This document shows, piece by piece, positions 37,558 to 48,083 of a DNA stretch of 64,000 nt. This DNA comes from Dehalococcoidia bacterium. GTDB lineage: Bacteria > Chloroflexota > Dehalococcoidia > GIF9 > UBA5629. A program made the translations under genes and the position numbers. The notes below the pieces were generated by a model that was not told where the DNA came from, searched no databases, and saw nothing but the letters and a program-made list of their open reading frames with translations. Where the stretch lies: the NCBI GenBank assembly GCA_003142375.1, contig PLME01000011.1, positions 81,475 to 145,474 of the forward strand, given 5' to 3'. Every line of letters starts with the position of its first letter. The first letter of the stretch is position 1.

Positions 37558-39387
37558 ATGAATAAAAGCCGCAAACTGCTTTCCGGAAATGAAGCCATCG
37601 CAATTGGCGCCTACCATGCCGGTGTACTCGTCGCAACAGCCTACCCCGGCACGCCGAGCACCGAGATACTGGAGAATCTCTCAAAATACAGGGACATCTA
37701 TGCCGAATGGTCTACCAATGAAAAGGTAGCCATGGAGGTCGGGCTGGGCGCCTCCTATGCCGGCGTCAGAACCCTGGTTTCCATGAAACACGTAGGTCTA
37801 AATGTCGCTGCCGACCCATTCATGGCAGCGGCTACTACCGGTATACATGGCGGCCTGGTTGTCATATCTGCTGACGATCCCGGAATACACAGCTCCCAGG
37901 GTGAGCAGGACAACCGTCATTTCGCCAAGCTGGCCCGGGTGCCGATGCTGGAGCCGTCCGACAGCCAGGAAGCTTATGATCTCATTGAAATTGCCTACGA
38001 TCTGAGCGAAAAATACGACACCCCCGTCCTTTTCAGAATAACTACCCGCGTGGCCCACTCCAAGTCAGTCGTTGAATTGAATGAAAAGCGTATTAGAAAG
38101 GAAAGAACCAAGCATTTCCATCACGATGTAGGCAAATATGTGATGCTGCCCACTAACGCACGCAACCGTGTGCCTAACATGCATAGGCGGATCGTCGAGC
38201 TGACAAAGTATGCTGAAAGCACGCCGGTCAACCAGATAATCGATGGAGACAGCAAAATAGGAATCATATCAAGCGGTGTAAGTTATGAGTATGCCAGGGA
38301 AGTGTTCCCCCAGGCGTCTTTCTTGAAACTGGGCATGACTTATCCGTTGCCGCCTGATCTGGTGCAGAAGTTCGTCGGCAAGGTTAAAAAACTCTTTGTG
38401 GTTGAGGAATTGGACCCCTTCCTGGAAGAGAACATCAAAATAATGGGGGTCCACGTTGAAGGCAAGAAGCACCTCCCGCGCTTCGGTGAACTGAACAAGT
38501 CCGCAGTTCATCACGCGGCTGTGCAGGCAGGTCTTTCAGATCTGGCCAATCCGGTCGACGAAGTGAACCTGGTGAAGAACCTGCCGGGCAGGCCTCCCCT
38601 CCTTTGCCCCGGCTGTCCCCATTCAGGTGCGTTTTTTATTTTAAGCACCATTGGTAAGCGGGCCAAAGTACTGGATGCCGAGGGAAGATCGGAGGAAGAG
38701 ACCGGGCTGATTATTACGGGTGATATCGGCTGTTATACCTTGGCAACCTACCCACCTTTGCGCGCCATGGATACCACGGCCTGCATGGGCGCCAGTATTG
38801 GACAGGCCATAGGCCTTGAAAAGGCCGGGGTAAGCAGCAAGATCGCTGCCGTCATAGGGGATTCGACCTTCATGCATTCCGGTATTACAGGAATTGTAGA
38901 TGCCGTTTATAACGATGCGAAAATAACAGTGATCATATTGGATAACGGGACTACCGCCATGACCGGTCATCAGGACCATCCGGGCTCCGGTATATCTGCG
39001 CAGGGCGTAGCCACCGAGAAGGTTGATATCGAGAAGCTGGTACTGGGAGCCGGCGTTAAAGACGTCCATGCGGTTAATGCATTTGACGTCAAGGCTGTCA
39101 GAGCTGCTATCAGGTCGGCTCTGGATAATCCGTCTTTGTCGGTGGTCATTGTAAGAGGTAAATGCGCCGTAATAAACAGAGTCCGAAAAAACCCCAGGCA
39201 GATAGATCTGGCTAAGTGCAACGATTGCGGTGTATGCGTAATGATAGGCTGCCAGGCCATTCAAAAACGCAACGACAAACTGTATATTGACGCTACCACC
39301 TGCATGGGAGACGAGTGCAGGATTTGCGAACAACTTTGCCCCAAACAGGCAATTGCACCGGTATCAGGGAAATCGGTGGGTGGATGA
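37558..39387 (+). CDS. iorA: indolepyruvate:ferredoxin oxidoreductase alpha subunit
   Basis: The N-terminus (LLSGNEAIAIGAYHAGVLVATAYPGTPSTEILE), TPP domain and C-terminal 2x[4Fe-4S] (CNDCGVCV, CRICEQLCP) are present. The size is 609 aa. Confidence 0.8.
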   Translation: MNKSRKLLSGNEAIAIGAYHAGVLVATAYPGTPSTEILENLSKYRDIYAEWSTNEKVAMEVGLGASYAGVRTLVSMKHVGLNVAADPFMAAATTGIHGGLVVISADDPGIHSSQGEQDNRHFAKLARVPMLEPSDSQEAYDLIEIAYDLSEKYDTPVLFRITTRVAHSKSVVELNEKRIRKERTKHFHHDVGKYVMLPTNARNRVPNMHRRIVELTKYAESTPVNQIIDGDSKIGIISSGVSYEYAREVFPQASFLKLGMTYPLPPDLVQKFVGKVKKLFVVEELDPFLEENIKIMGVHVEGKKHLPRFGELNKSAVHHAAVQAGLSDLANPVDEVNLVKNLPGRPPLLCPGCPHSGAFFILSTIGKRAKVLDAEGRSEEETGLIITGDIGCYTLATYPPLRAMDTTACMGASIGQAIGLEKAGVSSKIAAVIGDSTFMHSGITGIVDAVYNDAKITVIILDNGTTAMTGHQDHPGSGISAQGVATEKVDIEKLVLGAGVKDVHAVNAFDVKAVRAAIRSALDNPSLSVVIVRGKCAVINRVRKNPRQIDLAKCNDCGVCVMIGCQAIQKRNDKLYIDATTCMGDECRICEQLCPKQAIAPVSGKSVGG

Positions 39388-40000
39388 TTTGGATCGAAAG
39401 AAACAAGATATTTTAATGGTGGGCGTGGGCGGACAGGGCATCATCCTGGCCAGCGATATTTTAGGAGAGGCGGCGCTGGAAAAGGGCCTGGATGTTAAAA
39501 AGACAGATACTCTGGGCATGGCACAGCGCGGAGGAAGCGTCACCAGCCACCTGCGTATCAGCCAAAAGGTATGGTCTCCCTTAATCAGCCCTGCGGAAGC
39601 AGACATCCTGCTGGCCTTTGAGAAGCTCGAGGCAGCCAGGTGGGTAAACTACTTGAAACCGGACGGACTGGCCATTATTAACAATCTCGCCATTCCGCCC
39701 CTGTCTATTTCGCTTGGCTCGCAAAAATATCCGGGCGATCAGGAGATCATCGATTCATTCAAGCAAAGGACTAAGAAAGTACATCTTGTGGATGGTTCCG
39801 CACAAGTGGCCCTTCTTGGCGATACCAGGACCCTCAATATTTTTATGCTGGGATTTTTGTCGGTGTCCTTGCCATTGGATATCGATTTAGATGCCTGGAA
39901 AAGCTGTCTGCGAAAACAACTACACCCCAGGATACTCGATATAAATTTGCGCGCTTTCCAAAAGGGCCGCGAGGAGGCTTCAAGTGTCAATCTCGGATAA
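39380..40000 (+). CDS. iorB: indolepyruvate:ferredoxin oxidoreductase beta subunit
   Basis: The sequence ILMVGVGGQGIILASDILGEAAL is typical of IorB. The start is uncertain: GTG 39380 or ATG 39416. The ORF track start 39287 overlaps iorA. Confidence 0.75.
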   Translation: MDDLDRKKQDILMVGVGGQGIILASDILGEAALEKGLDVKKTDTLGMAQRGGSVTSHLRISQKVWSPLISPAEADILLAFEKLEAARWVNYLKPDGLAIINNLAIPPLSISLGSQKYPGDQEIIDSFKQRTKKVHLVDGSAQVALLGDTRTLNIFMLGFLSVSLPLDIDLDAWKSCLRKQLHPRILDINLRAFQKGREEASSVNLG

Positions 40001-41171
40001 CGTGCGCCGGAGGATGGCAGATGGGTCCTGGACCAGGCGCATGTTCGAGGAAGCAGCCGTGCTCAAGAAAAAGCATGGTGAACACAACGTTTTCGATCTC
40101 TCCCTGGGGAATCCGATTATTGAACCTCCGGCGGAATTTAAACATGCTTTAAAAAATTTCATGGAAAATCCTTTGCCGGGCAGGCACCGTTATATGGAAA
40201 ACGCCGGTTATCAGGACACGAGGGATGCTGTAGCCAAGCAGGTCTCGCTAGAAAACGGTCTTGACCTTGGAGGTCATGACATCGTCATGACTGTAGGAGC
40301 GGCCGGCGCTATCAACGTCATACTCAAAACCCCGCTTAACGCCGGCGAAGAGGTCATTGTATTCGCACCGTATTTTATGGAGTACGACAACTATATAGAT
40401 AACCACCAGGGCGTGACCAGGGTAGTTAAAACCAGCGATCAATTCTTGCCGGACCTTGGCGATTTAGAGAGAAATATCAATGAAAAGACCAAAGCTGTCA
40501 TCATCAACTCTCCCAACAATCCCACCGGCGTTGTCTACAGTGAAGACTTGTTAAGACAGATAGCAGATATCCTTGTCAGAAAGGAAAAACAATACGGCAC
40601 ATCTATTTACATGATCAGCGACGAAGCCTACAGCAGCCTGATTTACGATGGGCTTAAATATGTACCTGCCCTCAGAATATATCACCGCTGCATGATAGCA
40701 ACGTCCCACTCCAAAGACCTGGCTTTGCCTGGGGAACGTATAGGTTATATTGCAATTAACCCGGAAATAGGGAATAAGGGCGAAATAGTCAGCGGCCTCA
40801 TTTTCTGCAACCGTATACTGGGATTTGTAAATGCCCCCGCCCTCATGCAGAACCTTATCCGCCACCTGCAGCATGTAACCGTATCAATTCCGGAGTATCA
40901 ACAAAAGCGCGATTTCTTGTATAATAGCCTGACTGAAATGGGATACAAGCTTGTAAAACCCCAGGGCGCCTTCTATATGTTTCCGCGGACGCCCATCGAA
41001 AACGACATAGAGTTTGTACACGAATTGCAGAAATCTAATGTCCTGACCGTCCCCGGTCGTGGATTCGGCACCCCCGGCTATTTCCGCATCTCATATTGCG
41101 TCAGCCAGCCAACCCTCGAAGGCTCGCTCTTCGGCTTTAAAAAGGTTGCTGAGCAGTTTAAACTCTTTTAG
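39984..41171 (+). CDS. class I/II PLP-dependent aminotransferase (aromatic/aspartate aminotransferase-like)
   Basis: The GTG start follows a GAGGAGG RBS. A SHSKDLALPGERIGY Lys-PLP motif and the NPTG motif are present. Confidence 0.75.
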   Translation: MSISDNVRRRMADGSWTRRMFEEAAVLKKKHGEHNVFDLSLGNPIIEPPAEFKHALKNFMENPLPGRHRYMENAGYQDTRDAVAKQVSLENGLDLGGHDIVMTVGAAGAINVILKTPLNAGEEVIVFAPYFMEYDNYIDNHQGVTRVVKTSDQFLPDLGDLERNINEKTKAVIINSPNNPTGVVYSEDLLRQIADILVRKEKQYGTSIYMISDEAYSSLIYDGLKYVPALRIYHRCMIATSHSKDLALPGERIGYIAINPEIGNKGEIVSGLIFCNRILGFVNAPALMQNLIRHLQHVTVSIPEYQQKRDFLYNSLTEMGYKLVKPQGAFYMFPRTPIENDIEFVHELQKSNVLTVPGRGFGTPGYFRISYCVSQPTLEGSLFGFKKVAEQFKLF

Positions 41172-41216
41172 ATTGGGCGGTTTATTTCAACGGATCGCCC
41201 TCCTCATGTAATCTAC

Positions 41217-43109
41217 ATGAAAAACGCGCACACGATTCCACAATTGATACAGGAGAACTACCGTAAGTGGGGTAGCCAGACCGCCATGTGCGTTAAAAAG
41301 CGCGGCATCTGGCATAAGTTCAACTGGAACGAATATTTTAATACGGTAAAATTCTTTTCTCTGGGTTTAACCAGCATCGGGCTCCAGCGGGGCGATGTTG
41401 CATGCATCATCGGGGATAACGAGCCCGAATGGTTCTGGGGAGAATTTGCAGTGCAGGCCGCCGGCGGCATAGCGACTGGCTCTTTTGTCGATTCTATCCC
41501 CTCCGAGCTGAAATATATTGCCGGTCATTCCGGAGCAAGTTTTGCCATAGTAAATGACCAGGAGCAGGCCGACAAATTCCTGGAAATCTGCGCTGAGCTT
41601 CCAGCACTTAAGAAGGTTGTCTACTGGGATGCCAAAGGGCTGAATAACTACGACCACCCCATGCTTATAAGCTTCGAGAATGTAATAGAAGAGGGCAAAG
41701 CATTCGACCGTTCCAACCCCGGACGTTTTGAGGAAAATATTGCACAGGGCCAACCTGATGATACCGCTTTCATTTACTATACTTCCGGCACAACCGGGCT
41801 GCCCAAAGGTGCAATTCTGACTCATCGAGCTTTGATACAGACTGCGCGCGGCTTTACCAGCGTTTATCCCCTATTCAAAGATGATGACCTGGTCTCCAAT
41901 TTCCCGGCCGCCTGGGTGGGCGACAGTTATTTTGCGACTATCCCCCATATCCTGACCGGGGCTCGGCTGAATTTTGCCGAAGAACCTGAAACAATAGCCG
42001 AGGATACACGCGAAGTGGGACCTGATTTTGCCATCTACGGCCCGAGACAGTGGGAGAGCCTGGTCAGCGAAATTCAGGTCAAGATGACCGATGCGCACCC
42101 GCTCAAGAGATTTTTCTATCACATGCTGCTGCCCGTCGGCTATAAGATTGCCGACATGAACTTTCAAAATAAGAAACCGGATGTATTCTGGAGTACTCTT
42201 CATGCCATAGCGTATTACTTGCTGCTGCGGCCTTTAAAAGACAGGCTCGGCCTGAGTAAAGTGAGATTCGCAGTCACCGGCAGCTCCGTTTTAAGCCTCG
42301 ATACCTTTAGACTAATCCATGCTATCGGGATAGAGCTCAGGCAAACTTACGCCAGCACGGAAGCCGGATTCATCTCCTCTCACACCAAGGGAGAGATCGA
42401 TTTTCAGAGCGTAGGCCGTCCGGCGCTGGGCGTTGAAGTACGTATAGCCAGGGACGGAGAATTGCTGGTAAGGAGCGATTGCCTTTTCAAGGAATATTTA
42501 AATGAGCCGGAGAAAACGAGAGCAGTGAAGATCAAAGGCTGGTGCCACACCGGCGACGCCGTAAACATCAATGACAACGGCCACCTGATCTTTCTTGACC
42601 GTCTCGAGCATATGGGTACGCTGGTGACCGGCGCCAGGTATGCACCGCAATATATTGAGGGTAGATTGAGGTTCAGCCCTTACATAAAGGATGCCATGGT
42701 AATTGGCGGCAAGGATAAGTCCTTTGTGGCTGCCATGATCAACATCGACTTCGCCATGGTCGGCAAATGGGCCGAGCGGAAGGGCATCACATATACCACA
42801 TTTGTAGACCTTTCCCAAAAAGAGGAAGTAGCCAACCTGATAAAAAAAGACCTTTCCAGGGTAAACAGCTATTTGCCGGAATTATCCAGGGTAAAGAGAT
42901 ATATGCTTATGCATAAGGAATTCGATCCTGACGAAGCGGAGTTGACCAGGACGCGCAAGCTGCGTCGCGAGTTTATGGAAGTGAGGTATAACCCACTGAT
43001 CGTAGCTATCTATGCCGGGCAAAACAGTTTGAATGTCGAAGCTTCGGTAACCTACAGGGACGGCCGGAAGGGCGTGGTATCGACCGGCATCAGGATATGG
43101 GACCTGTAA
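41217..43109 (+). CDS. AMP-dependent synthetase/ligase, long (~630 aa) FAA1-type acyl-CoA ligase
   Basis: The AMP-binding motif IYYTSGTTGLPKGAILTH and a TGD motif are present. It has a C-terminal extension typical of COG1022-type ligases. Confidence 0.8.
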   Translation: MKNAHTIPQLIQENYRKWGSQTAMCVKKRGIWHKFNWNEYFNTVKFFSLGLTSIGLQRGDVACIIGDNEPEWFWGEFAVQAAGGIATGSFVDSIPSELKYIAGHSGASFAIVNDQEQADKFLEICAELPALKKVVYWDAKGLNNYDHPMLISFENVIEEGKAFDRSNPGRFEENIAQGQPDDTAFIYYTSGTTGLPKGAILTHRALIQTARGFTSVYPLFKDDDLVSNFPAAWVGDSYFATIPHILTGARLNFAEEPETIAEDTREVGPDFAIYGPRQWESLVSEIQVKMTDAHPLKRFFYHMLLPVGYKIADMNFQNKKPDVFWSTLHAIAYYLLLRPLKDRLGLSKVRFAVTGSSVLSLDTFRLIHAIGIELRQTYASTEAGFISSHTKGEIDFQSVGRPALGVEVRIARDGELLVRSDCLFKEYLNEPEKTRAVKIKGWCHTGDAVNINDNGHLIFLDRLEHMGTLVTGARYAPQYIEGRLRFSPYIKDAMVIGGKDKSFVAAMINIDFAMVGKWAERKGITYTTFVDLSQKEEVANLIKKDLSRVNSYLPELSRVKRYMLMHKEFDPDEAELTRTRKLRREFMEVRYNPLIVAIYAGQNSLNVEASVTYRDGRKGVVSTGIRIWDL

Positions 43110-43119
43110 GTACAAGAAA

Positions 43120-43992
43120 ATGGATATATTAATTCAAAATATCATTACGGGCGTTGCCACCGGCATGGTATATGCCCTGATTGCGCTGGGTTTTGCCCTT
43201 ATCTGGAAGTCCAGCCGTGTTGCTAACCTGGCGCTGGGACAATTAGTTCTGATATCCTCATGGTTTACTTACAGCATGCTCGTTCAATTCAAATTTCCGT
43301 TCTGGTTGGGAATGATATTGACCATCGCCTTTGCAATTTTGCTGGGCTGGCTGATTGAGAGACTGGCATTGCGACCACTGATAGGACAGCCGATACTTTC
43401 ACTTATTGCCATAACATTGGGGCTGGCCTATTTCCTGGAGGGTTTCACCGCGTTTATCTGGCCGCAGGGCCAGGGCAACCTGCCCAAAGTCTTCCCACAG
43501 ACTTCAATTCAGATTGGTCCAGCCATGATACAACAGGAATTGCTGTGGGCAGCCGTCATCTCCTTGATTCTATTCATTTTGCTATCGGTCTTTTTTAAAT
43601 ATCACAGGATGGGCATCGCCATGAGGGCCACAGCCGATGACCAGCTGGCTGTCCAGGCCTGCGCCGTTCCGGTAAACCGTGTATTTTCCATGTCGTGGAT
43701 TTTCGCCTGTGTGGTTGCAGCTATCGGCGGTGTCCTCATATCCAGTATCGCAGCTATCAACTATGGGTTAGTCGAAACGGGCTTCAAATCATTTTCGGTG
43801 GTTATCCTGGGAGGAATGGAGTCGTTCCTGGGCTGCATCGTAGCCGGCCCAATAATTGGGTTGTGTGAAACGTTCGGCGGCTCGCAATTCGGCTCAAGCA
43901 TTAAAGAAGTAATACCGTTCATAATCATCGTGATAGTAATTATGATTAAACCCTTTGGATTATTCGGCGAAGAGAGGATTGAGAGGATTTAA
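43120..43992 (+). CDS. branched-chain amino acid ABC transporter permease, LivH family
   Basis: It is a membrane protein with a LivH-like C-terminus (IMIKPFGLFG). Confidence 0.8.
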   Translation: MDILIQNIITGVATGMVYALIALGFALIWKSSRVANLALGQLVLISSWFTYSMLVQFKFPFWLGMILTIAFAILLGWLIERLALRPLIGQPILSLIAITLGLAYFLEGFTAFIWPQGQGNLPKVFPQTSIQIGPAMIQQELLWAAVISLILFILLSVFFKYHRMGIAMRATADDQLAVQACAVPVNRVFSMSWIFACVVAAIGGVLISSIAAINYGLVETGFKSFSVVILGGMESFLGCIVAGPIIGLCETFGGSQFGSSIKEVIPFIIIVIVIMIKPFGLFGEERIERI

Positions 43993-43994
43993 TT

Positions 43995-45050
43995 ATGAGT
44001 CTGCCCTGCGGTATACGTAATTTCTCATATCATACCGATATAGCCATTATCAGGACCAAAACCCAATGGGTATTGTTCATATTGTTCATGCTGGCGCTAT
44101 TTGTTTTGCCGTTATATTTGCCTAGATCCTGGTTTGACACTGTTAATTCTATCGGTATCCTGCTGATTGCGGTGGTCGGTTTAAACATCCTGATGGGATA
44201 CTGCGGCCAGCTATCACTGGGTCATGCCGGGTTTATGGCAGTTGGCGCATTTACTTCTGCTCTGCTGACCGGCAACCTGCATATGCCGTTCCTGCTGGCG
44301 CTTATTATTTCCGGTCTGTCTGCCGGGATAATCGGCCTTATATTCGGCATCCCTTCCTTGCGCGTGAAAGGGTTTTACCTGGCTATCGTAACAATTGCAG
44401 CCCAATTCATCATTATCTGGATACTTCAGAACTGGACGGATATTACTCACGGCTCCAACGGCCTTGATGTATTGCCGGCCTCAATATTCAATTGGCAATT
44501 CGACAGTGAGATCAAACAATTTTATTTAATATTTACAATTGCTGTAATCAGCATTCTGTTTGCCACGAATCTGGCTAGAAGCCGCATCGGCCGCGCCTTT
44601 ATTGCCATCAGAGATAACGACCTGGCGGCAGAGGTAATGGGAATCAATGTTTTCAGCTACAAGCTGCTGGCCTTCTTCCTGGGCTGTTTTCTGGCAGGCA
44701 TCGCCGGATCCCTGTACTCGCAATATAGAGGTCATATTACTTACGAAGACTTTACGTTTCAGCAATCGATATTGTATATAGGCATGCTCATCATAGGTGG
44801 CCTCGGAAGTTCACTGGGCCCCATACTTGGCACGGTTATCATAGAGACCCTGCAAAAGTCGTTGACTAACACAGTGGCGCCCTGGCTTGAGCATACCATG
44901 ACCTTCATGCCGACCGGCTTTTCTTCCGGCCTCAATCTAATGTTATTCGGCCTGGCTATCATCTTAATCCTGATTTTTGAACCTAGGGGGTTGGCCCATT
45001 TATGGGCATTGTTCAAATCTTCGTACAGGATGTGGCCGTTTTCTTACTAA
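43995..45050 (+). CDS. branched-chain amino acid ABC transporter permease, LivM family
   Basis: It is a membrane protein in the LivM position. Confidence 0.8.
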   Translation: MSLPCGIRNFSYHTDIAIIRTKTQWVLFILFMLALFVLPLYLPRSWFDTVNSIGILLIAVVGLNILMGYCGQLSLGHAGFMAVGAFTSALLTGNLHMPFLLALIISGLSAGIIGLIFGIPSLRVKGFYLAIVTIAAQFIIIWILQNWTDITHGSNGLDVLPASIFNWQFDSEIKQFYLIFTIAVISILFATNLARSRIGRAFIAIRDNDLAAEVMGINVFSYKLLAFFLGCFLAGIAGSLYSQYRGHITYEDFTFQQSILYIGMLIIGGLGSSLGPILGTVIIETLQKSLTNTVAPWLEHTMTFMPTGFSSGLNLMLFGLAIILILIFEPRGLAHLWALFKSSYRMWPFSY

Positions 45051-45118
45051 ATGCTTTAAATACAAATGTAAATTTGATATAATGCATCTTCTTTTACGAA
45101 AAAAGTGAGGAGGTTTAA

Positions 45119-46387
45119 ATGAAGAAGTCCCGTGTAGTCTTGGTAGTCACATTGGTTCTCTTACTTACATCCCTGGTTACCCTGATGTCGGCGTGCACCA
45201 CCCAGCCGTCGGCGGAAAAGAAAGCCTTTAAACTCGGCTTGAGCATTCCCCTGACGGGCCCTGCAGCCGAAAAAGGCGCCCCCATCGGCCATGGTCAACT
45301 CGATGCTTTTAAATACATCAATGATGAGTTGGGCGGAGTTGCCGGATATAAAATCGATCCTGACTGGTACGACACGAATTATGATACACAGAAAGCTACC
45401 GACATCGCCAAGAAACTTATGACGGACGGTTGCCTGTTCTTTACCGTGGTGGCTTCCAAGGATATGAGTGCATCACAGGTAATAGCCAATAGGGCCGGAT
45501 TCCCCGGCATGATATGCTTTAGCTCCCCATCAAACACCCATCCCCCGGCGCATATCTACGCTCAGCTTCCGGATTACGGCGATGATTGGACCGCATTCAC
45601 AAAGTACTATATGCAGAATATCTGGAAGGGTCCGGGCAAACCAAAGATGGCACTCGAGCTGCTGAACAACTCCACAGGTTCCGGAGTCGCTAATGCGGCC
45701 AGGGCCATGGCAGACCAGCTCGGTGTTGAGATTGTTGATACTGAACAACACTCAGCCACCACTATCTCTGAAACAGATGCCCTGAACAGGATCAAAGCTA
45801 AGAATCCCGACATACTCTTTATCTCGAGTACACCTGCTCCTACAGCCATTATTCTGAAGAATGCGCGTGACCTGAACATGATCCCCGGTATGACTGTGGC
45901 CTGTGCGCATGCAAGTTTTACCAAAGCCCTTATCGATGCCGCCGGCAAAACCGTGGCCGAAGGCGTTTATGGCGTCTATCCGACGGTTAACTTTGGGGAC
46001 AACGTGCCGGGCATGGCCAAGATGGTAGAGTACTGTAAGGCCCAGCATCCGGAATATATGGGAAACAATGACTATCTGGTAGGCTGGGCATCCAGCCTTG
46101 TCAATGCGGAAATCTTAAAACAGGCCATACAGAATTCCAATGTCGACGATCTTTTTAAAGGAGACGCTGCTTCATGGCAACTGGCGGAGACCAACGGCTT
46201 TATGAAGGTCAAAGGGTATGATGTAGGCGGATTGCAGGGTCCGGTGGATTTTTCCGGTACTCTTGATAAACGCGGTTCCAAATCCGTCAAAATATTCCAG
46301 ATCCAGAATGGCCTGATGGTCTCACTCTCCGGCTGGGTTGATGCGCCCAATATTCCCTATGAGACCTTCGATTGGTTCGGTAAGTAA
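45119..46387 (+). CDS. ABC transporter substrate-binding lipoprotein, LivK family
   Basis: The signal peptide has a lipobox (LMSACT). A type I PBP fold is recognisable. It lies after the permeases, which is an atypical order. Confidence 0.8.
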   Translation: MKKSRVVLVVTLVLLLTSLVTLMSACTTQPSAEKKAFKLGLSIPLTGPAAEKGAPIGHGQLDAFKYINDELGGVAGYKIDPDWYDTNYDTQKATDIAKKLMTDGCLFFTVVASKDMSASQVIANRAGFPGMICFSSPSNTHPPAHIYAQLPDYGDDWTAFTKYYMQNIWKGPGKPKMALELLNNSTGSGVANAARAMADQLGVEIVDTEQHSATTISETDALNRIKAKNPDILFISSTPAPTAIILKNARDLNMIPGMTVACAHASFTKALIDAAGKTVAEGVYGVYPTVNFGDNVPGMAKMVEYCKAQHPEYMGNNDYLVGWASSLVNAEILKQAIQNSNVDDLFKGDAASWQLAETNGFMKVKGYDVGGLQGPVDFSGTLDKRGSKSVKIFQIQNGLMVSLSGWVDAPNIPYETFDWFGK

Positions 46388-46404
46388 GTTTAAATCCAGG
46401 TAAT

Positions 46405-47196
46405 ATGTTAAAACTCAACAACATTGAGGTATCGTACCTCAATGTGGTGAAAGTATTGCACGGCATTTCGATCACCGTCGAGAACGGTGTCGTTGTTGCC
46501 CTTCTCGGAGCTAACGGGGCCGGAAAGACGACTACTCTAAAGGCGATTTCCGGCCTCCTCCGCATTGAAGAGGGCGAGATCAATGACGGCACCATTGAAT
46601 GGGACGGAATCCGGATAGATAAGAAAAATGCCGTCGACATCGGCAAACTGGGTATAGTGCAGGCGCTGGAGGGCAGGCGGGTCTTCGAGCACCTCAATGC
46701 CGAGGAAAATCTTCTGGTTGGGGCTTTCAGCCGCTCCAATTTAAAGGATGTTAAGGCTGACTTGAATATGGTCTATTCCTATTTCCCCCGCCTGGAAAGT
46801 CTGAAACACAACATTGCCGGTTATCTATCGGGCGGAGAGCAGCAGATGCTGGTTATCGGCCGGGCCATGATGGCTGCTCCCCGGTTGATGATGCTGGATG
46901 AACCATCGCTGGGCCTGGCGCCCATGGTAGTTGATCAGATATACGACATCATTAAGAGATTCAACATGGATAGAAAAACCGCCATTCTGCTGGTTGAACA
47001 AAACGTGAGGGTTGCCTTGAACACCGCACATTACGGATATGTGATGGAGAACGGGCGGGTAGTTTTGGACGGTTCAGCCGATTACCTGAAAGGCCGTGAA
47101 GACGTGAAGGAATTCTATATGGGTATTTCGGCCTCCGGAGAGAAAAAGAGCTATAAAGACGTCAAGCACTATAAACGGCGAAAAAGGTGGCTCTGA
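46405..47196 (+). CDS. ABC transporter ATP-binding protein, LivF family, with basic C-terminal tail
   Basis: GANGAGKTT, LSGGEQQMLVIG and MMLDEPSLGL are present. The C-terminal tail is KSYKDVKHYKRRKRWL. Confidence 0.85.
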   Translation: MLKLNNIEVSYLNVVKVLHGISITVENGVVVALLGANGAGKTTTLKAISGLLRIEEGEINDGTIEWDGIRIDKKNAVDIGKLGIVQALEGRRVFEHLNAEENLLVGAFSRSNLKDVKADLNMVYSYFPRLESLKHNIAGYLSGGEQQMLVIGRAMMAAPRLMMLDEPSLGLAPMVVDQIYDIIKRFNMDRKTAILLVEQNVRVALNTAHYGYVMENGRVVLDGSADYLKGREDVKEFYMGISASGEKKSYKDVKHYKRRKRWL

Positions 47197-47220
47197 CAGT
47201 TTAGAAGGCCGTCCGCTTCC

Positions 47221-48033
47221 CTATTTTTCTCCCAGGTATGCGGCAATCACTTCAGGATTCCCCGATATCTCCTCGGGGGTTCCCTCGGCTATTTTGCGTC
47301 CGAAATCCAGTACAATAATCCTGTCGGCTAGGTCCATAACCACTCCCATATCGTGCTCAATAAGCACGATAGATTCTACACCATCTCGCAACACGGGTGT
47401 AGCCGGATAAGATTCGCCCTGTCCCTCGAAAATATCATAAATAAAGCGGACGATATCTTCCTTCTCCTCAAGGTTCATACCGGCCATGGGCTCATCCAAA
47501 AGAAGGACCCTGGGCTCCAGGGCCAGCGCCCGGCCCAATTCCACGCGTTTCCTGAGTCCGTAAGGCAAAGAGCTGACTATACTTTTTCTGATATGCTCGA
47601 TCTCAAGGAAGTCAATGATGTCTTCCACAGTTTTACGATGCTCCAACTCTTCCTTTTGAGCAGGCCCGAAATATAAAAATGTACTTAGAATATTCTGCTT
47701 CATCAGGACATGCCGTGCCGCCATAATGTTATCCAGCGTGCTCAGCCCCGAATAAAGCTCAATATTCTGGAAAGTCCTGGCAATTCCCATCCTGGCAATT
47801 TTGTCGGAACGTACCCCGTTGATCTTCCTTTTATTAAATAGAATCTGACCTTTCTGGGGCTTATAGAAGCCGTTAATGCAATTTAACAGGCAGGTCTTTC
47901 CGGCTCCATTGGGCCCAATGATAGCCAGCACCTCGTTCTTTTTGATCTCCAGGTTAATATCGGTCAGAGCCCTTACGCCCCCGAACCACAGTGAAAGGTC
48001 CTTGATACTTAAAGCTGTTTCTTTCCCATTCAT
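47221..48033 (-). CDS. ABC transporter ATP-binding protein, LivG family (inverted relative to its cassette)
   Basis: GPNGAGKTC and LLLDEPMAGM are present. An insertion GQGESYPATPVLRDGVE precedes the H-loop. It is convergent with livF. Confidence 0.8.
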   Translation of the reverse strand: MNGKETALSIKDLSLWFGGVRALTDINLEIKKNEVLAIIGPNGAGKTCLLNCINGFYKPQKGQILFNKRKINGVRSDKIARMGIARTFQNIELYSGLSTLDNIMAARHVLMKQNILSTFLYFGPAQKEELEHRKTVEDIIDFLEIEHIRKSIVSSLPYGLRKRVELGRALALEPRVLLLDEPMAGMNLEEKEDIVRFIYDIFEGQGESYPATPVLRDGVESIVLIEHDMGVVMDLADRIIVLDFGRKIAEGTPEEISGNPEVIAAYLGEK

Positions 48034-48083
48034 AAACGTAATACCGGAATTGGAAATTTTATGTTACCACCAAAGCCGCGTTA

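Noticed and set aside
38641-39333. 230-aa minus-strand ORF inside iorA
   Set aside because: It is antisense to a strongly conserved IOR alpha sequence. It has no start context and a Gly/Ala-rich artefactual composition.
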